From Negaprion brevirostris (taxonomy: Eukaryota): a stretch of 64,000 nt of DNA. The notes below the pieces were generated by a model. The model was not told the origin of the DNA. It was given only the letters and a program-made list of their open reading frames with translations, and made no database searches. The translations under genes and the position numbers were made by a program. Positions within the stretch are counted from its first letter, which is position 1; every line of letters begins with the position of its first letter. Positions 24,425 through 35,740 of this stretch are shown piece by piece. Location: NCBI GenBank assembly GCA_030324005.1, contig JARDVH010000157.1, forward strand, positions 23,688,136-23,752,135. Direction: 5' to 3'.

Positions 24425-24855
24425 TCACAGTGGCACAGTAATTAGCACTGCTGCCTCACAGTGCCAGGGACCCGGGTTCGATTCTGGCCTGGGATGACTG
24501 CTTGCACATTCTCCCTGTGTCTCTACATGTTTCCTCCAGATGCTCCGATTTCCTCCCATTCTAAAGATGTGCGGGTTAGGTGGATTGGCCATGCTAAATT
24601 GCCCCTTGGTGTCAGGGGTTAGCAGGGTAAATATGTGGNNNNNNNNNNNNNNNNNNNNNNNNNNNNNNNNNNNNNNNNNNNNNNNNNNNNNNNNNNNNNN
24701 NNNNNNNNNNNNNNNNNNNNNNNNNNNNNNNNNNNNNNACCCACGCAGACATGGGGATAATGTGCAAAGTTCACACAGACAGTGACCCAAGCTGGAAATT
24801 GAACCCAGGTCCCTGGTGCTGTGAGACAGCAGTGCTAACCATTGTGCCGCCCCAC
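24425..24855. mobile_element. Two HE1 V-SINE halves in inverted orientation across an N gap
   Basis: + strand copy 24425-24638 and - strand copy 24739-24855. Confidence 0.8.
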
Positions 24856-24857
24856 GC

Positions 24858-25012
24858 AAGATGCTGGAGATTCTAAATAAAAATAGAAAATGCTAGCAAT
24901 ACTCAAACGAGAACCAGTTCTGATGGAAGGTCTTTAATCTGAAATGTTAACTCTTGTTTCTCTGTCCACAGATGCCTGATCTGCTGAGCATTTGTGACAC
25001 ATCAATTTTATT
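24858..25012. repeat. Penelope-type element family A with near-intact hammerhead-like motif
   Basis: agttCTGATGGaaggtctttaatctGAAAtgttaact followed by tctctgtccacagatgcctgatctgctgag. Confidence 0.7.
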
Positions 25013-25219
25013 TAGCACACAATTTCTGATTCAACTTTTACAAACTTGGGTTGTTTCTTGACAGATGTTTTGAATTAAATAACAGTACAGTGAAATTCTA
25101 GTGGTTATAGTTTGGTTACTGATTTTAAAAGTTTGGGATGTTGAATTAAGAGTAACTTGCGTTAAAACATGTTGGTATATGTGTTTCCGTTTCAGAAAAT
25201 ATGTTAGTACGAATACTAG

Positions 25220-25560
25220 GGCCATCTTAGCTCAGTTGGTGGCATTCACTCCTATAAGTTTGAAGGTTGTGAATTCAAGCCAGTTTGCAGAATTGAGTAC
25301 TCTAGAGTGCACTTTAATGAGGGAATGCTGAATTATTCCTTCAGATGAGGCATTAAACTAAAGTTCCCATCAGCCTATTCAATCATTCAGGTGGATAAAA
25401 AAAAATTTGAAGAGCAAGAAACCCTTCACCCAGGGAAGCACTCTTCCCTCAACCAGCAGTACTGAAAACAGATAACTAACTATTCATCACATTGCTGCTT
25501 GTGGAACTTTGCTGTGCATAAAATGGCTACCATACCTTCCTCCCTCAGTCACTCCATTTC
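25220..25560 (+). mobile_element. SacSINE1/Deu-domain SINE
   Basis: tRNA head tagctcagttgg...gaattcaagcc, then ttcagatgag...ttaaac, ccctcaacc, cacattgctgcttgtggaactttgctgtgcataaaatggct. Confidence 0.75.
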
Positions 25561-27602
25561 AAGATCCTTCATAGTTATGTATAGTGGGTTGGTATAAACA
25601 ATGAGATGGATTTTTTTTTATAATTGCAAATTTTGCTTCTTGCCTTACACGTGTACTAAATGAGCCTGTTGACTTTTCAGAATATCNNNNNNNNNNNNNN
25701 NNNNNNNTACAATTCATGTTTGCTCTCCTGTTTTCTTGCCTCATTCCTTCAGAAGGCATTGACTGCTTATTAGGGCACAACTCTGTTAATGCCCATGACC
25801 CTTGGGTTTCTTGCCCCAATTTTCATTTGTGTGCTTTGGTGAGTAATAGTGACCCTTTCCATTCTAGGGGGACAGTGTCCACAAATGTGCTCACACAAAG
25901 TGCGTGTGTACGTATGTGTGTGTGTGCATGTCCATCTCACCACCCCTCTCTTCCTCAGGTGCTAAGTTCAATATATTGAAATCATCTGCCAACTTAACAC
26001 GCATTAGGGATGAAACATGATATTTTTCTGGGACTATACAATTCAGTTTCTTGTGTAAACCTGCTGAGCTATCAAAGGAGCTGTTTCTAGTTTCTTCCTT
26101 CTGTAATTTATGATTGTACATTTAGCTGGTAATGATTTCCACCTGCTTTGTGCACTGGAAACTTCTAATCAAATCCTTGCTTGGACATAAAATCCCTCTT
26201 TGTCTTCAGTTTTGGTATTGTACAAGGATGTGGAGAGATTCTTTTGTGTGGCTTGTGTGGCTCATGTGGAAATGTTGCTCATCTGCTAAATTTTAGAATT
26301 CCTGTAATGTTCTCCGGACCTGAAGCAGCAAGGTGTTTTACACAGTGTTGTCACTCAGAACGTCAGTGGCTCAAGTGTAAAGTTTTCAAACTGCATCTGC
26401 TTGTATTGTGGAACACTCCAGGAGGACGATTGTAAATTTTCCCTTTCCAAACTTAAAAAGATCAGTTGAATTATAGGAAAAATAACAACCTGGTATTGAT
26501 GCCTATCATTAGTATGTGAACAGTTCAAGATGATCCGTTAACAAGATCCACTGTTGTATTGCACAACATTAAAGTGTATTGGCTGAAGTGTGAATTTACT
26601 CCCGCCCCATTTTCAGAAGTGTATTGTTGCCAGTTTCACAGTTCAAATATGTTTTTGGAGGCTTATATTCATGTGGCTATCTCCTCAGAAGTGTGTGTAT
26701 TGATCAACTGAAATTATTTCCGAACTAAGTTGAATTTAAAATTAAATTCTAGTAGAAATAATTGAAAGTAAAAAGGTCTTCCCAAATGCAAATGATTAGT
26801 GAATTTGGCAAGTTTACTTTGGCAGCTGTTGCCAACTGGAGACCTATATGTTGGGAGCTGCCTGCATTATCTCAGCATTAACCACAACATAAAAGTCTTT
26901 TTTTAAACGGTTTCTGGAATGACAGATTGAAATTCTCGCACAAGTACAAAATGTTTGAAGTGCATTCTAAACNNNNNNNNNNNNNNNNNNNNNNNNNNNN
27001 NNNNNNNNNNNNNNNNNNNNNNNNNNNNNNNNNNNNNNNNNNNNNNNNNNNNNNNNNNNNNNNNNNNNNNNNCTAAACAACTTATTTTTGGGATTTGTTG
27101 TGGACATTCTGCTGAAAACACTATTTATGGATGCATCTGTAATTCTCCACGTTCTTCAACCAAAATGTAAACTATCACATAAAAGGTTGCACCAATTTTG
27201 AGAAAAAAATGCTTTTTTTCCTTTTTTTGAAATGTTGGTCATAGTTTGCAAATATACTACTTAAATTGCACATTTTAAGTTCAGGAGAGAGGAGTAAATG
27301 AATAAACACGTGACAATAGAGAGAAGTACATTAAAAGTTCCAAAATGGGCAAAACTAGACTTTTCAGAGCCTTAATTTACGGTAGAAAATGCTGTCCACA
27401 AAGAAATGCAATCAATGCGAATCTTTTAGAGAACTCTTTCAAAGCAGGAGAAAATACTAGAGGGAAGAATTAAATAACCTTTTCCTGACTGTTTGCTTGC
27501 ATATTCCTGATGTAAACACAGTCAGCCATGGTTTAGTTGGTAGCGCACGTGCCTCTGTTTCTAAAGGCTATTGGTTTAAGTCTCACTTCAGCATATAACT
27601 CA

Positions 27603-29382
27603 TTGGTGGGGAAGATGCTAGAGTCAATTATTAAGGATGTAATAACTAAGTATTTGAAAGGTGGACACAGGATTGGTCCAAGTCAGCATGGATTCACTAA
27701 AGGGAGATCGTGCTTGACAAATCTTCTAAATTTTTTGAGAATGTGACCAGTACTGTGGACAAGGGTGAAACAGTGGATGTNNNNNNNNNNNNNNNNNNNN
27801 NNNNNNNNNNNNNNNNNNNNNNNNNNNNNNNNNNNNNNNNNNNNNNNNNNNNNNNNNNNNNNNNNNNNNNNNNNNNNNNNNNNNNNNNNNNNNNNNNNNN
27901 NNNNNNNNNNNNNNNNNNNNNNNNNNNNNNNNNNNNNNNNNNNNNNNNNNNNNNNNNNNNNNNNNNNNNNNNNNNNNNNNNNNNNNNNNNNNNNNNNNNN
28001 NNNNNNNNNNNNNNNNNNNNNNNNNNNNNNNNNNNNNNNNNNNNNNNNNNNNNNNNNNNNNNNNNNNNNNNNNNNNNNNNNNNNNNNNNNNNNNNNNNNN
28101 NNNNNNNNNNNNNNNNNNNNNNNNNNNNNNNNNNNNNNNNNNNNNNNNNNNNNNNNNNNNNNNNNNNNNNNNNNNNNNNNNNNNNNNNNNNNNNNNNNNN
28201 NNNNNNNNNNNNNNNNNNNNNNNNNNNNNNNNNNNNNNNNNNNNNNNNNNNNNNNNNNNNNNNNNNNNNNNNNNNNNNNNNNNNNNNNNNNNNNNNGTGG
28301 ATAGTCAGAAGCTTTTTCCCAGGGTGGAAGAGTCAATTACTAGGGGGCACAGGTTTAAGGTGCGAGGGGCAAGTTTTAAGAGATGTACGAGGCAGATTTT
28401 TTACACAGAGAGTGGTGGGTGCCTGGAACTCGTTGCTGGAGGAGGTAGTGGAAGCAGATATGGTAGTGATTTTTAAGGGGCGTCTTGACAAGTATATGAA
28501 TGAGATGGGAATAGAGGGATATGGTCCCCGGAAGCGTAGGGGCTTTAATGAAGTCAGGCAGCACAGTTGGTATGGGTTTGGCTGAAGGGCCTGTTCCTGT
28601 GCTGTAATTTTCTTTGTTCTTTGTTCTTTGAGACTATTATCTGAATGATGGCAGTTTAGGAAAAGGGGAAGCGCATCATGACCTGGGCCTGATGGTTGCA
28701 CAGTCACTGAAGGTTGACCCGTGGGTATGTAGGCGGTGAGGAAAGCCAGTGGCACACTGGCCTTTGTAGCAGGAGGATTTGAGTATAGGAATAAGGATGT
28801 CTAGCGTAGTTATACAGGACTTTGGTGAGGCCACACCTTGAATATTGTGTGCAATTTTGGTCCCCGAGTCTGTGAAAGGACATTCCCGCTATTGAGGGAG
28901 TTCAGCGAAATTTCACCAGACTGATCCTGGAATGGCAGGACTGACGTATGAAGAGAGGCTGGATCGACTAGGCTTGTACTCCCTGGAATTTGAAAGAATG
29001 AGCGAGGATCTCATAGAAACATAAAATCCTGATGGGACTGGACAGGCTAGATGCAAGAAGAATGTTCCCAATGTTGGGGAAGTCCAGAACTGGGGATCAT
29101 GGTCTAAAAATAAAGGGTAAGCCATTGAGGACTGAGATGAGGAAGAACTTTTTCATTGAGAGTTGTGAACCTGTGGAATTCTCTACCACAGAAATCTGTT
29201 GGGGCCAGTTTGTTAGACATGTTCAAGAGGGGACTGGACATGACCCTTACGGCTAAAGGGATCAAGGGGTATGAAGAGAAAATAGGAATGGGATTCTGAA
29301 AGTGCGATCACCAATGACCATATTGAATGGTGGTGCAGGCTCCAAGAGTTGAATGGTCTACTCCACCTATTTTCTATGTTTC
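27603..29382 (+). mobile_element. CR1 LINE (RT to 3' UTR) with 7-bp flanking duplication TAACTCA; contains a nested CR1 ending at about 28630
   Basis: VGKMLESIIKD...SQHGFTKGRSCLTNLLNF motif. Tail tttctatgtttc. TAACTCA at 27596-27602 and 29383-29389. Inner element ends in (ttctttg)3. Confidence 0.9.
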
Positions 29383-29563
29383 TAACTCAAGACTGACATT
29401 CCAGTGCAGAACTGAGAGAATGCTGCTGTGTAGTAAGTGCCATCTCTTGGATTAAATTAAAAACAAGACTTTGTCTGTGCTCAGTTGAAAAAAAAATTCC
29501 ATAGATTCCAACAAGAGCAAGGGAATATCCCCAGTGTCCTGGCCAATATTTAATCCCCAGTCA

Positions 29564-30530
29564 CAGAATTGGTGCAGAACAGGAGGCAGCCATTTGATCC
29601 ATCATGTGTGTCCTGGTTCTCTGAAGGAGCAATTCATCTAGTTCCACTCTTCTGCCTTCTCCATGCAGTTCTGCACATTCTTCTTTGTCAGATGATCCAT
29701 TTCCTTCTTGAATGCCTCAGTTGAACCTGCCTCCACCACACTTTGCATTCTAGATCCTAACCTCGCACTGTGTAAAAAGATTTTTCCCTCGTGTTGCTAT
29801 TGCTTCTTTTGCCAATTATCTTGAATCGCTGGCCTCCAGTTCTCAGTTCTTCTACCATTGGGAGCAATCTTTTTTCCCCCTATCTACTTTGTCAAGACTC
29901 CTCATGATTTTGAATACCTCGAGTAAATCTCCTCTCAACCTTCTATTCAATGAAAGCGGTCCCCAACTTTTCCAATCTGTCTATGTAACAGGTGTATCTT
30001 ATCCCTGGCACCATTCTCGTCAATTTTTTTTCTGCACTCTATAATGCTTTCACATCTTTCCTAGGGCTGGACGTAACACTCCAGTTGAGATTGAACCAGT
30101 ATTCTAAATGCCATTGATGACACTTCCTCGTNNNNNNNNNNNNNNTTAATAAAGACAATGATGCTGTAAGGTATCTTAACTGCTGCGTCAACCTGTCCTG
30201 CCATCTTCAATGATACATGCACATATACATCGAGGTCCCTCTTCCCCTGCACCCCCTTTAGAATTGTACTCATTTTATATCATTTATGTTCTTCCTGCCA
30301 AAATGAATCACTTAACCCTTGTCTGCACCAAATTTTGTCTGCTTGTTCCACCTGTCTGTGTCTTTTTGAAGTTCTGCACCATCCTTCTCACAGTTCACAG
30401 TATTTCCAAGTTTTGTATCATTTGCAGATATTAAAAATTATCTTCTGTACAAGAAGATTTACGTCACTCCTAGGTTAGGAAGAGCAGGATTCTTACCGTT
30501 GACTGCTGGGGTGCACCACTATAAACCTTC
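29564..30530 (-). mobile_element. CR1 LINE 3' fragment
   Basis: Minus ORF ILKGVQGKRDLDVYVHVSLKMAGQVD...LVQSQLECYVQ and CR1 3' UTR. Confidence 0.85.
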
Positions 30531-32009
30531 CTCCACTCAATCAGATAATCTGGTTATTTTGCTGTTTTTGGGAGCTTGCTTTGTGCATATTGGCTGTAAC
30601 ATTGTCTATGCTACAAGTGACTATTCGTCAAAAGTGCTTGACTGTAAAGCATTTGAGTTTGTCTGTGGTCATGAAGTACACTACATGAATGTAAATCTTT
30701 ATAATTAGCAGCCTCCAAAAATAATCTTTCTCCTTTTAAAAACTCTCTTGTATTATATGCTCATTACTGTAGTGTGAGAGGACTGTTCCATGCTGAGAAA
30801 TGAACAAATTACTGTACAGTGTCAGAACTGTACAGTTCCAGGTAAGGCGCAGCATAATTAGTTGTACTGTAAAGCTTCCTCAAGTGTGTGATTAATATTG
30901 CCTTTCAATTTGAGCTTTGGATGCCAGCTCCCAGTATTGATGGTAACAGAATCCACTTTCATAGTGACCTGTAAGGATGTTTTAGCAATTCTGTCACCAG
31001 TCTATGGAAAATGAATTTACATTTTGGAGGGAGCTGACTTCCAAGCCTTCAGACTACTGAATTTTTAAGTCTAATGGCCATACACTGGCCCAATCGGAGA
31101 AGAGCATGACTTATAAATAATACACTGGGGTCCACCTCGTGTACCAGCTATGCACAGGATTGCAAGGCCTTTCCACAATCAAGGAAATCTTATATCTAGT
31201 AATGTTGAAACTGTCCAAACACTCATGGTAGCAACATGACAAGGAACCTTATAGCCGACATTGTTGTCAAATTGAGCTAGATTTAAAAGTAGATCCAAGT
31301 GCGTAAGAAAATAAGCAGTTGAAACAGAAGCAGACCATACCGTTTCTTGAACAAATTCCTCCATTCAGTACGATCCTGGATGATCATCTGCCTCAACTCC
31401 ACTTTCCCTCCTGCTTTCTATCCCTTGATTCCCTGAGAGACCAAAAGCCTCTCTATCTTGGAAAGAAAAGGCCAGGAGCTCACAAGTTCAGTGTATACGC
31501 AGTCCATGCCAAAGACAATTTCTGTACTAACCCACGCAGAAAATTTACGCACTTCAGTGTATGCAATGTGTTGATCTTGTACTTAAACTGCATTTATATT
31601 GGCCCTGGAGGAGTTACTGCGTCATGGTCTTCATGCCCAGTGACAATTCCAAATTAACTTTTTCAGACTTGTTGAATTTGGCCGCTATGAAATTCAGTGG
31701 CTGAATTTTGAGAATATACTATACTTTCAAGTTGCTGCTGGATGTGTGAAACCCTATGCTTAGAAACTAGTGATAGAAACATCCCTGATCAGCACTAGCA
31801 CCATAAATTAGCAAGATAATCTTTGCAGTCTCCTTTCTCTGCAGATCATTTATTTGCAGTTTTATGGTGATGTATTTTAGCAAAATAATTATTGCATGTA
31901 TATTGTTGCTGTGTAAGGGGCTAAAATTTTGTGGATGAAAATTAACATAAAAGTTGGAAGTGGCTCAAATATCAGTATATATATTATACATAGCTGGGAA
32001 AATATGACA

Positions 32010-32382
32010 GAGAAACATAGAAAGTTGGAGCAGGAGTTGGCCTTCAAGCTTTCTCTGCCACTCATTCTGGCTGATCATCCAACTCAGTAACCTGTTCCTG
32101 TTTTCCCCCACATCCTTTGATCCCTTTAGCCCCAAGAGCTATATCTAACTCCTCCTTGAAAACATACAATGTTTTGGCCTTAACTGTTTTCTGTGGCAAA
32201 GAATTCCACAGGCTTACCACTCTCTCTGGGTGCACAAATTTCTCCTCATCTCAGTCCTGAATGGTTTATCCTGTATCCTTAGTCTGTGACCCCTGGGTCT
32301 GGACTCCCCCGCTACTGGAAGTGTCCTGCATCCACCTTGTCTAGTCCTGTCAGAATTTTCTAGGTTTCTGTGAGACACCCAT
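32010..32382 (-). mobile_element. CR1 3' end
   Basis: agaaacatagaaagttggagcaggag tail and tttctcctcatctcagtcct. Confidence 0.85.
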
Positions 32383-33549
32383 GTGACATGCTTTTTACAG
32401 ACCAGTAAAACTTAAAATTGACGTTCAGCAGTTAATACTATGTCTCATACAGTTGTGATGAATTAGAGATGGCTTGTGTCATACAACAGTGCTACTTAGA
32501 TTCCCACACATCTATGCAACACAACCTGCATTACCTACTTAATCCCTTGCACCCAGTTATAAGGTGCCAATAAGTAGACCATCCATTTGTGGCGTGAAAA
32601 ATCAAGGGTGACTACTAAATGTGGGTATAATATGTTTGTATATGCAAAAAGATGATATTTGGTTGTCTTATAAGCTTGATCGATTTATACATGATGATCT
32701 ACAGTAGTTTTTCACGTGATCACATATGTTGAATATGTTATCATATATTTTAGTGTTTATTCCAACGTTAGCATCATAGTTTACCACAACTTCAAATCAG
32801 CACTCTTAACTTCCTAGTACATTTGGAGCTTGAAAGTGAAACTCTCAGTAGCTGGGAGTTCCCAAACTTCAAATCTTTTACCACAACACGCACTTGTTTT
32901 CGAAACTCAGTCATTTACTTTTGGCTTGTGCACAATATGAGTGAATCTCGTTAAATTCGAGAAAACTGGGTGCCAAAGATTAGAAGTGGATGCTCGTACA
33001 AATCTCGTTTTACATGGTCTTTGATCTGTGTTGCATTGAGCAAGGCAGTGATCCCTTTCAGCAGATATAGGGGAAAAAGTGGAAAAGGAACAAAGTGCTC
33101 AAATTGCTGCCAGATGCCTCTCGTGACAGTGGATGGCAATTGTAGCTTGCGGGAGCATATGCCAAACTGGCAGATAGAAAAGGAAATATGCCCAAGGCTG
33201 GTGGACTACATGGTGCAATTCTTGACCTGATCCTGGTGCAGTAGTACAGGTCGTCGTATAGTGGCTTCAGTGTCCTAGCATTTATGAAATGAATATTTGT
33301 TTCCTGTTAACTAACCAGCTACCCTTCCTATAAAGGGAACACTTGGAAGTCAGGAACAGATAGGATTGGATTTGGATGTGATGACCTCTAATGTTAGTAA
33401 TGATGTCGGTATTCAAGGGCCGCTGGTCCTTGTCCCTCAGCATTTGTCAGTGCTTTCAGCAAAGAGGAGGATTCTTGAAACTTATAGAATGACAGATGCT
33501 CACACGCTAGAACCATGTCATTCCATTCATAATGTTTGTGCTTGGTGGA

Positions 33550-34545
33550 GTAGAACATTACAGCGCAAACAGGCTCTTCGGCCCACAAGTTGCACTGATC
33601 ATATCCCTACCTACCAGGCCTATCTATAACCCTCAATCCCATTAAATCCCATNNNNNNNNNNNNNNNNNNNNNNNNNNNNNNNNNNNNNNNNNNNNNNNN
33701 NNNNNNNNNNNNNNNNNNNNNNNNNNNNNNNNNNNNNNNNNNNNNNNNNNNNNNNNNNNNNNNNNNNNNNNNNNNNNNNNNNNNNNNNNNNNNNNNNNNN
33801 NNNNNNNNNNNNNNNNNNNNNNNNNNNNNNNNNNNNNNNNNNNNNNNNNNNNNNNNNNNNNNNNNNNNNNNNNNNNNNNNNNNNNNNNNNNNNNNNNNNN
33901 NNNNNNNNNNNNNNNNNNNNNNNNNNNNNNNNNNNNNNNNNNNNNNNNNNNNNNNNNNNNNNNNNNNNNNNNNNNNNNNNNNNNNNNNNNNNNNNNNNNN
34001 NNNNNNNNNNNNNNNNNNNNNNNNNNNNNNNNNNNNNNNNNNNNNNNNNNNNNNNNNNNNNNNNNNNNNNNNNNNNNNNNNNNNNNNNNNNNNNNNNNNN
34101 NNNNNNNNNNNNNNNNNNNNNNNNNNNNNNNNNNNNNNNNNNNNNNNNNNNNNNNNNNNNNNNNNNNNNNNNNNNNNNNNNNNNNNNNNNNNNNCTTCTG
34201 ATCCTCTACACTGCTAAGAGTCCTACCCTTGATATTATACTCCTTCAACCCATTGGACCTGCCAAAATGGACCACTACACATTTATCCGTGTTGGAGTCC
34301 ACCTGCCACTTCTCTGCCCAGTCTTGCATCCTATCTGAGTCTCGCTGCAACTTCTGACATCCCTTTTTTCCCTTTTTGGAACATTGAGCTGCCAGTCCTG
34401 TTCCTCCCTTAGGTATGTTTCAGTAATTGCTGTTATATCTCAGTACCAGATACCATCCACGCCCTGAGTTCATTGCCTTTCCCATCAGGCCTCTTGCATT
34501 GAAATGAATGCAGTTTAATCTGGACTTCTATTGCTCTCTGTCTTG
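33550..34545 (-). mobile_element. CR1 LINE pieces: 3' end/RT (33550-34360) abutting APE N-terminus (34360-34545)
   Basis: QRDSDRMQDWAEKWQVDSNTDKCVVVHFG, and reverse complement LNCIHFNARGLMGKGNELRAW. Confidence 0.85.
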
Positions 34546-34710
34546 CTTTTGCTTGATCTGCCTGGTACTAGGATTACTGACACTAGTACTAGGTACTAGT
34601 CTGGTACTAGGATAACCAAACACCAATCCCATTGCATCACTCTTTTTTCCTCATAGTCAATATCTTCCTCTGTTTCAAACATTCATCCAATTTTTCTCTT
34701 TTTAAAAAAA

Positions 34711-35031
34711 GGAAGTATCGGAGGCGCAGTGGTTAGCACAACAGTTTCACAGCACCGGGGACCCTGGGTCAATTCCGGCCTTGGGTCACTGTCTGTGAGG
34801 AGTATGCACTTTCTCCCTGTGTCTCCATGGGTTTCTTCCAGGTGCTCCGGTTTCCTGCCACAGTCCAAAGATGTAAAGTTAGGTTGATAGGTCATACTAA
34901 ATTGTCCCTCAGTGTCAGGAGGATTAGCAGGGTAAATATGTGGGGTTATGGGAATAAGGCCTAGGTGGGATTGTGGTCAGTGCAGACTTGATGGGCCAAA
35001 TGGTTGCCTTCTGCGCTTAGGGATTCTATGA
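34711..35031 (+). mobile_element. HE1 V-SINE, tail A
   Basis: Head, V-domain and gatgggccaaatgg...gggattctatg tail. Confidence 0.9.
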
Positions 35032-35650
35032 CCTGTCTCAACCACTTCCTGTGGCAAGGCATTGCATCAACACTTGTTAAAAAAAATTCCTAGCGCATCC
35101 TTAAATCATGACACCTTTAAATCAGATTCCCCAACAAGAGGAAATAGTCTTTCACTAATCACTATCAAAGCTCTTCATGATTTTAAATGTCTTAAATCTT
35201 AGCCTCCTTGCTACTCTTCACAATAGAAAGATGTACAACATAGAAAAAGCCCATTCAACCCTTGCATACATGTCAGCTGAAAAACTTAACAAAACCCCAC
35301 CTACTCTGTCCTCCATAATTGTGATTCTCCATTTCAGATATCTTCAGGCTAAACAATGGCTACACAATATCTTTAATGTTCTTTCTACAATAGACCACCA
35401 AGAATTGTGCTTGAATTGATGTTTGCTTACATTTGGCATTATTTACTGTTGGACTCTCAATCCTCATTGTTGGACCTTAGACTGCTTTATAGGTCTTTGT
35501 GATGGCTTACTCGACCTGCGCATCCCCTTGAGAGAATTCAGCATGAGTAAATCCAAATTGTTTCTGCAGTGCAATTATAACATCAACTGATTATTTATTA
35601 TACTTTGTCCATTTCTGCGTCAGCATGCAGACAAAAGTAAGTCACTTTGT

Positions 35651-35740
35651 GAGTCACCTGATCAACGAACAGCACTCCGAAAGCTCATGATTCCAAATAA
35701 ACCTGTTGGTCTTTAATCTGGTGTTGTGAGACTTCTTACA
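35651..35740 (+). mobile_element. Single arm of Penelope-type family B with hammerhead-like motif
   Basis: gagtcacCTGATCAacgaacagcactccGAAAgctcatgattccaaataaacctgttgg. Confidence 0.75.

Larger units (their letters stand above)
27521..30705 (+). mobile_element. SacSINE1/Deu SINE split into three pieces (27521-27602, 29383-29563, about 30535-30705) by CR1 insertions
   Basis: Head, Deu core (gtgtcctggccaatattt) and tail occur colinearly around the inserts. Confidence 0.7.

Noticed and set aside
27683-28585. Long ORFs of 179-291 aa (also 33607-34350)
   Set aside because: They run through N gaps, and the real residues are CR1 RT fragments.
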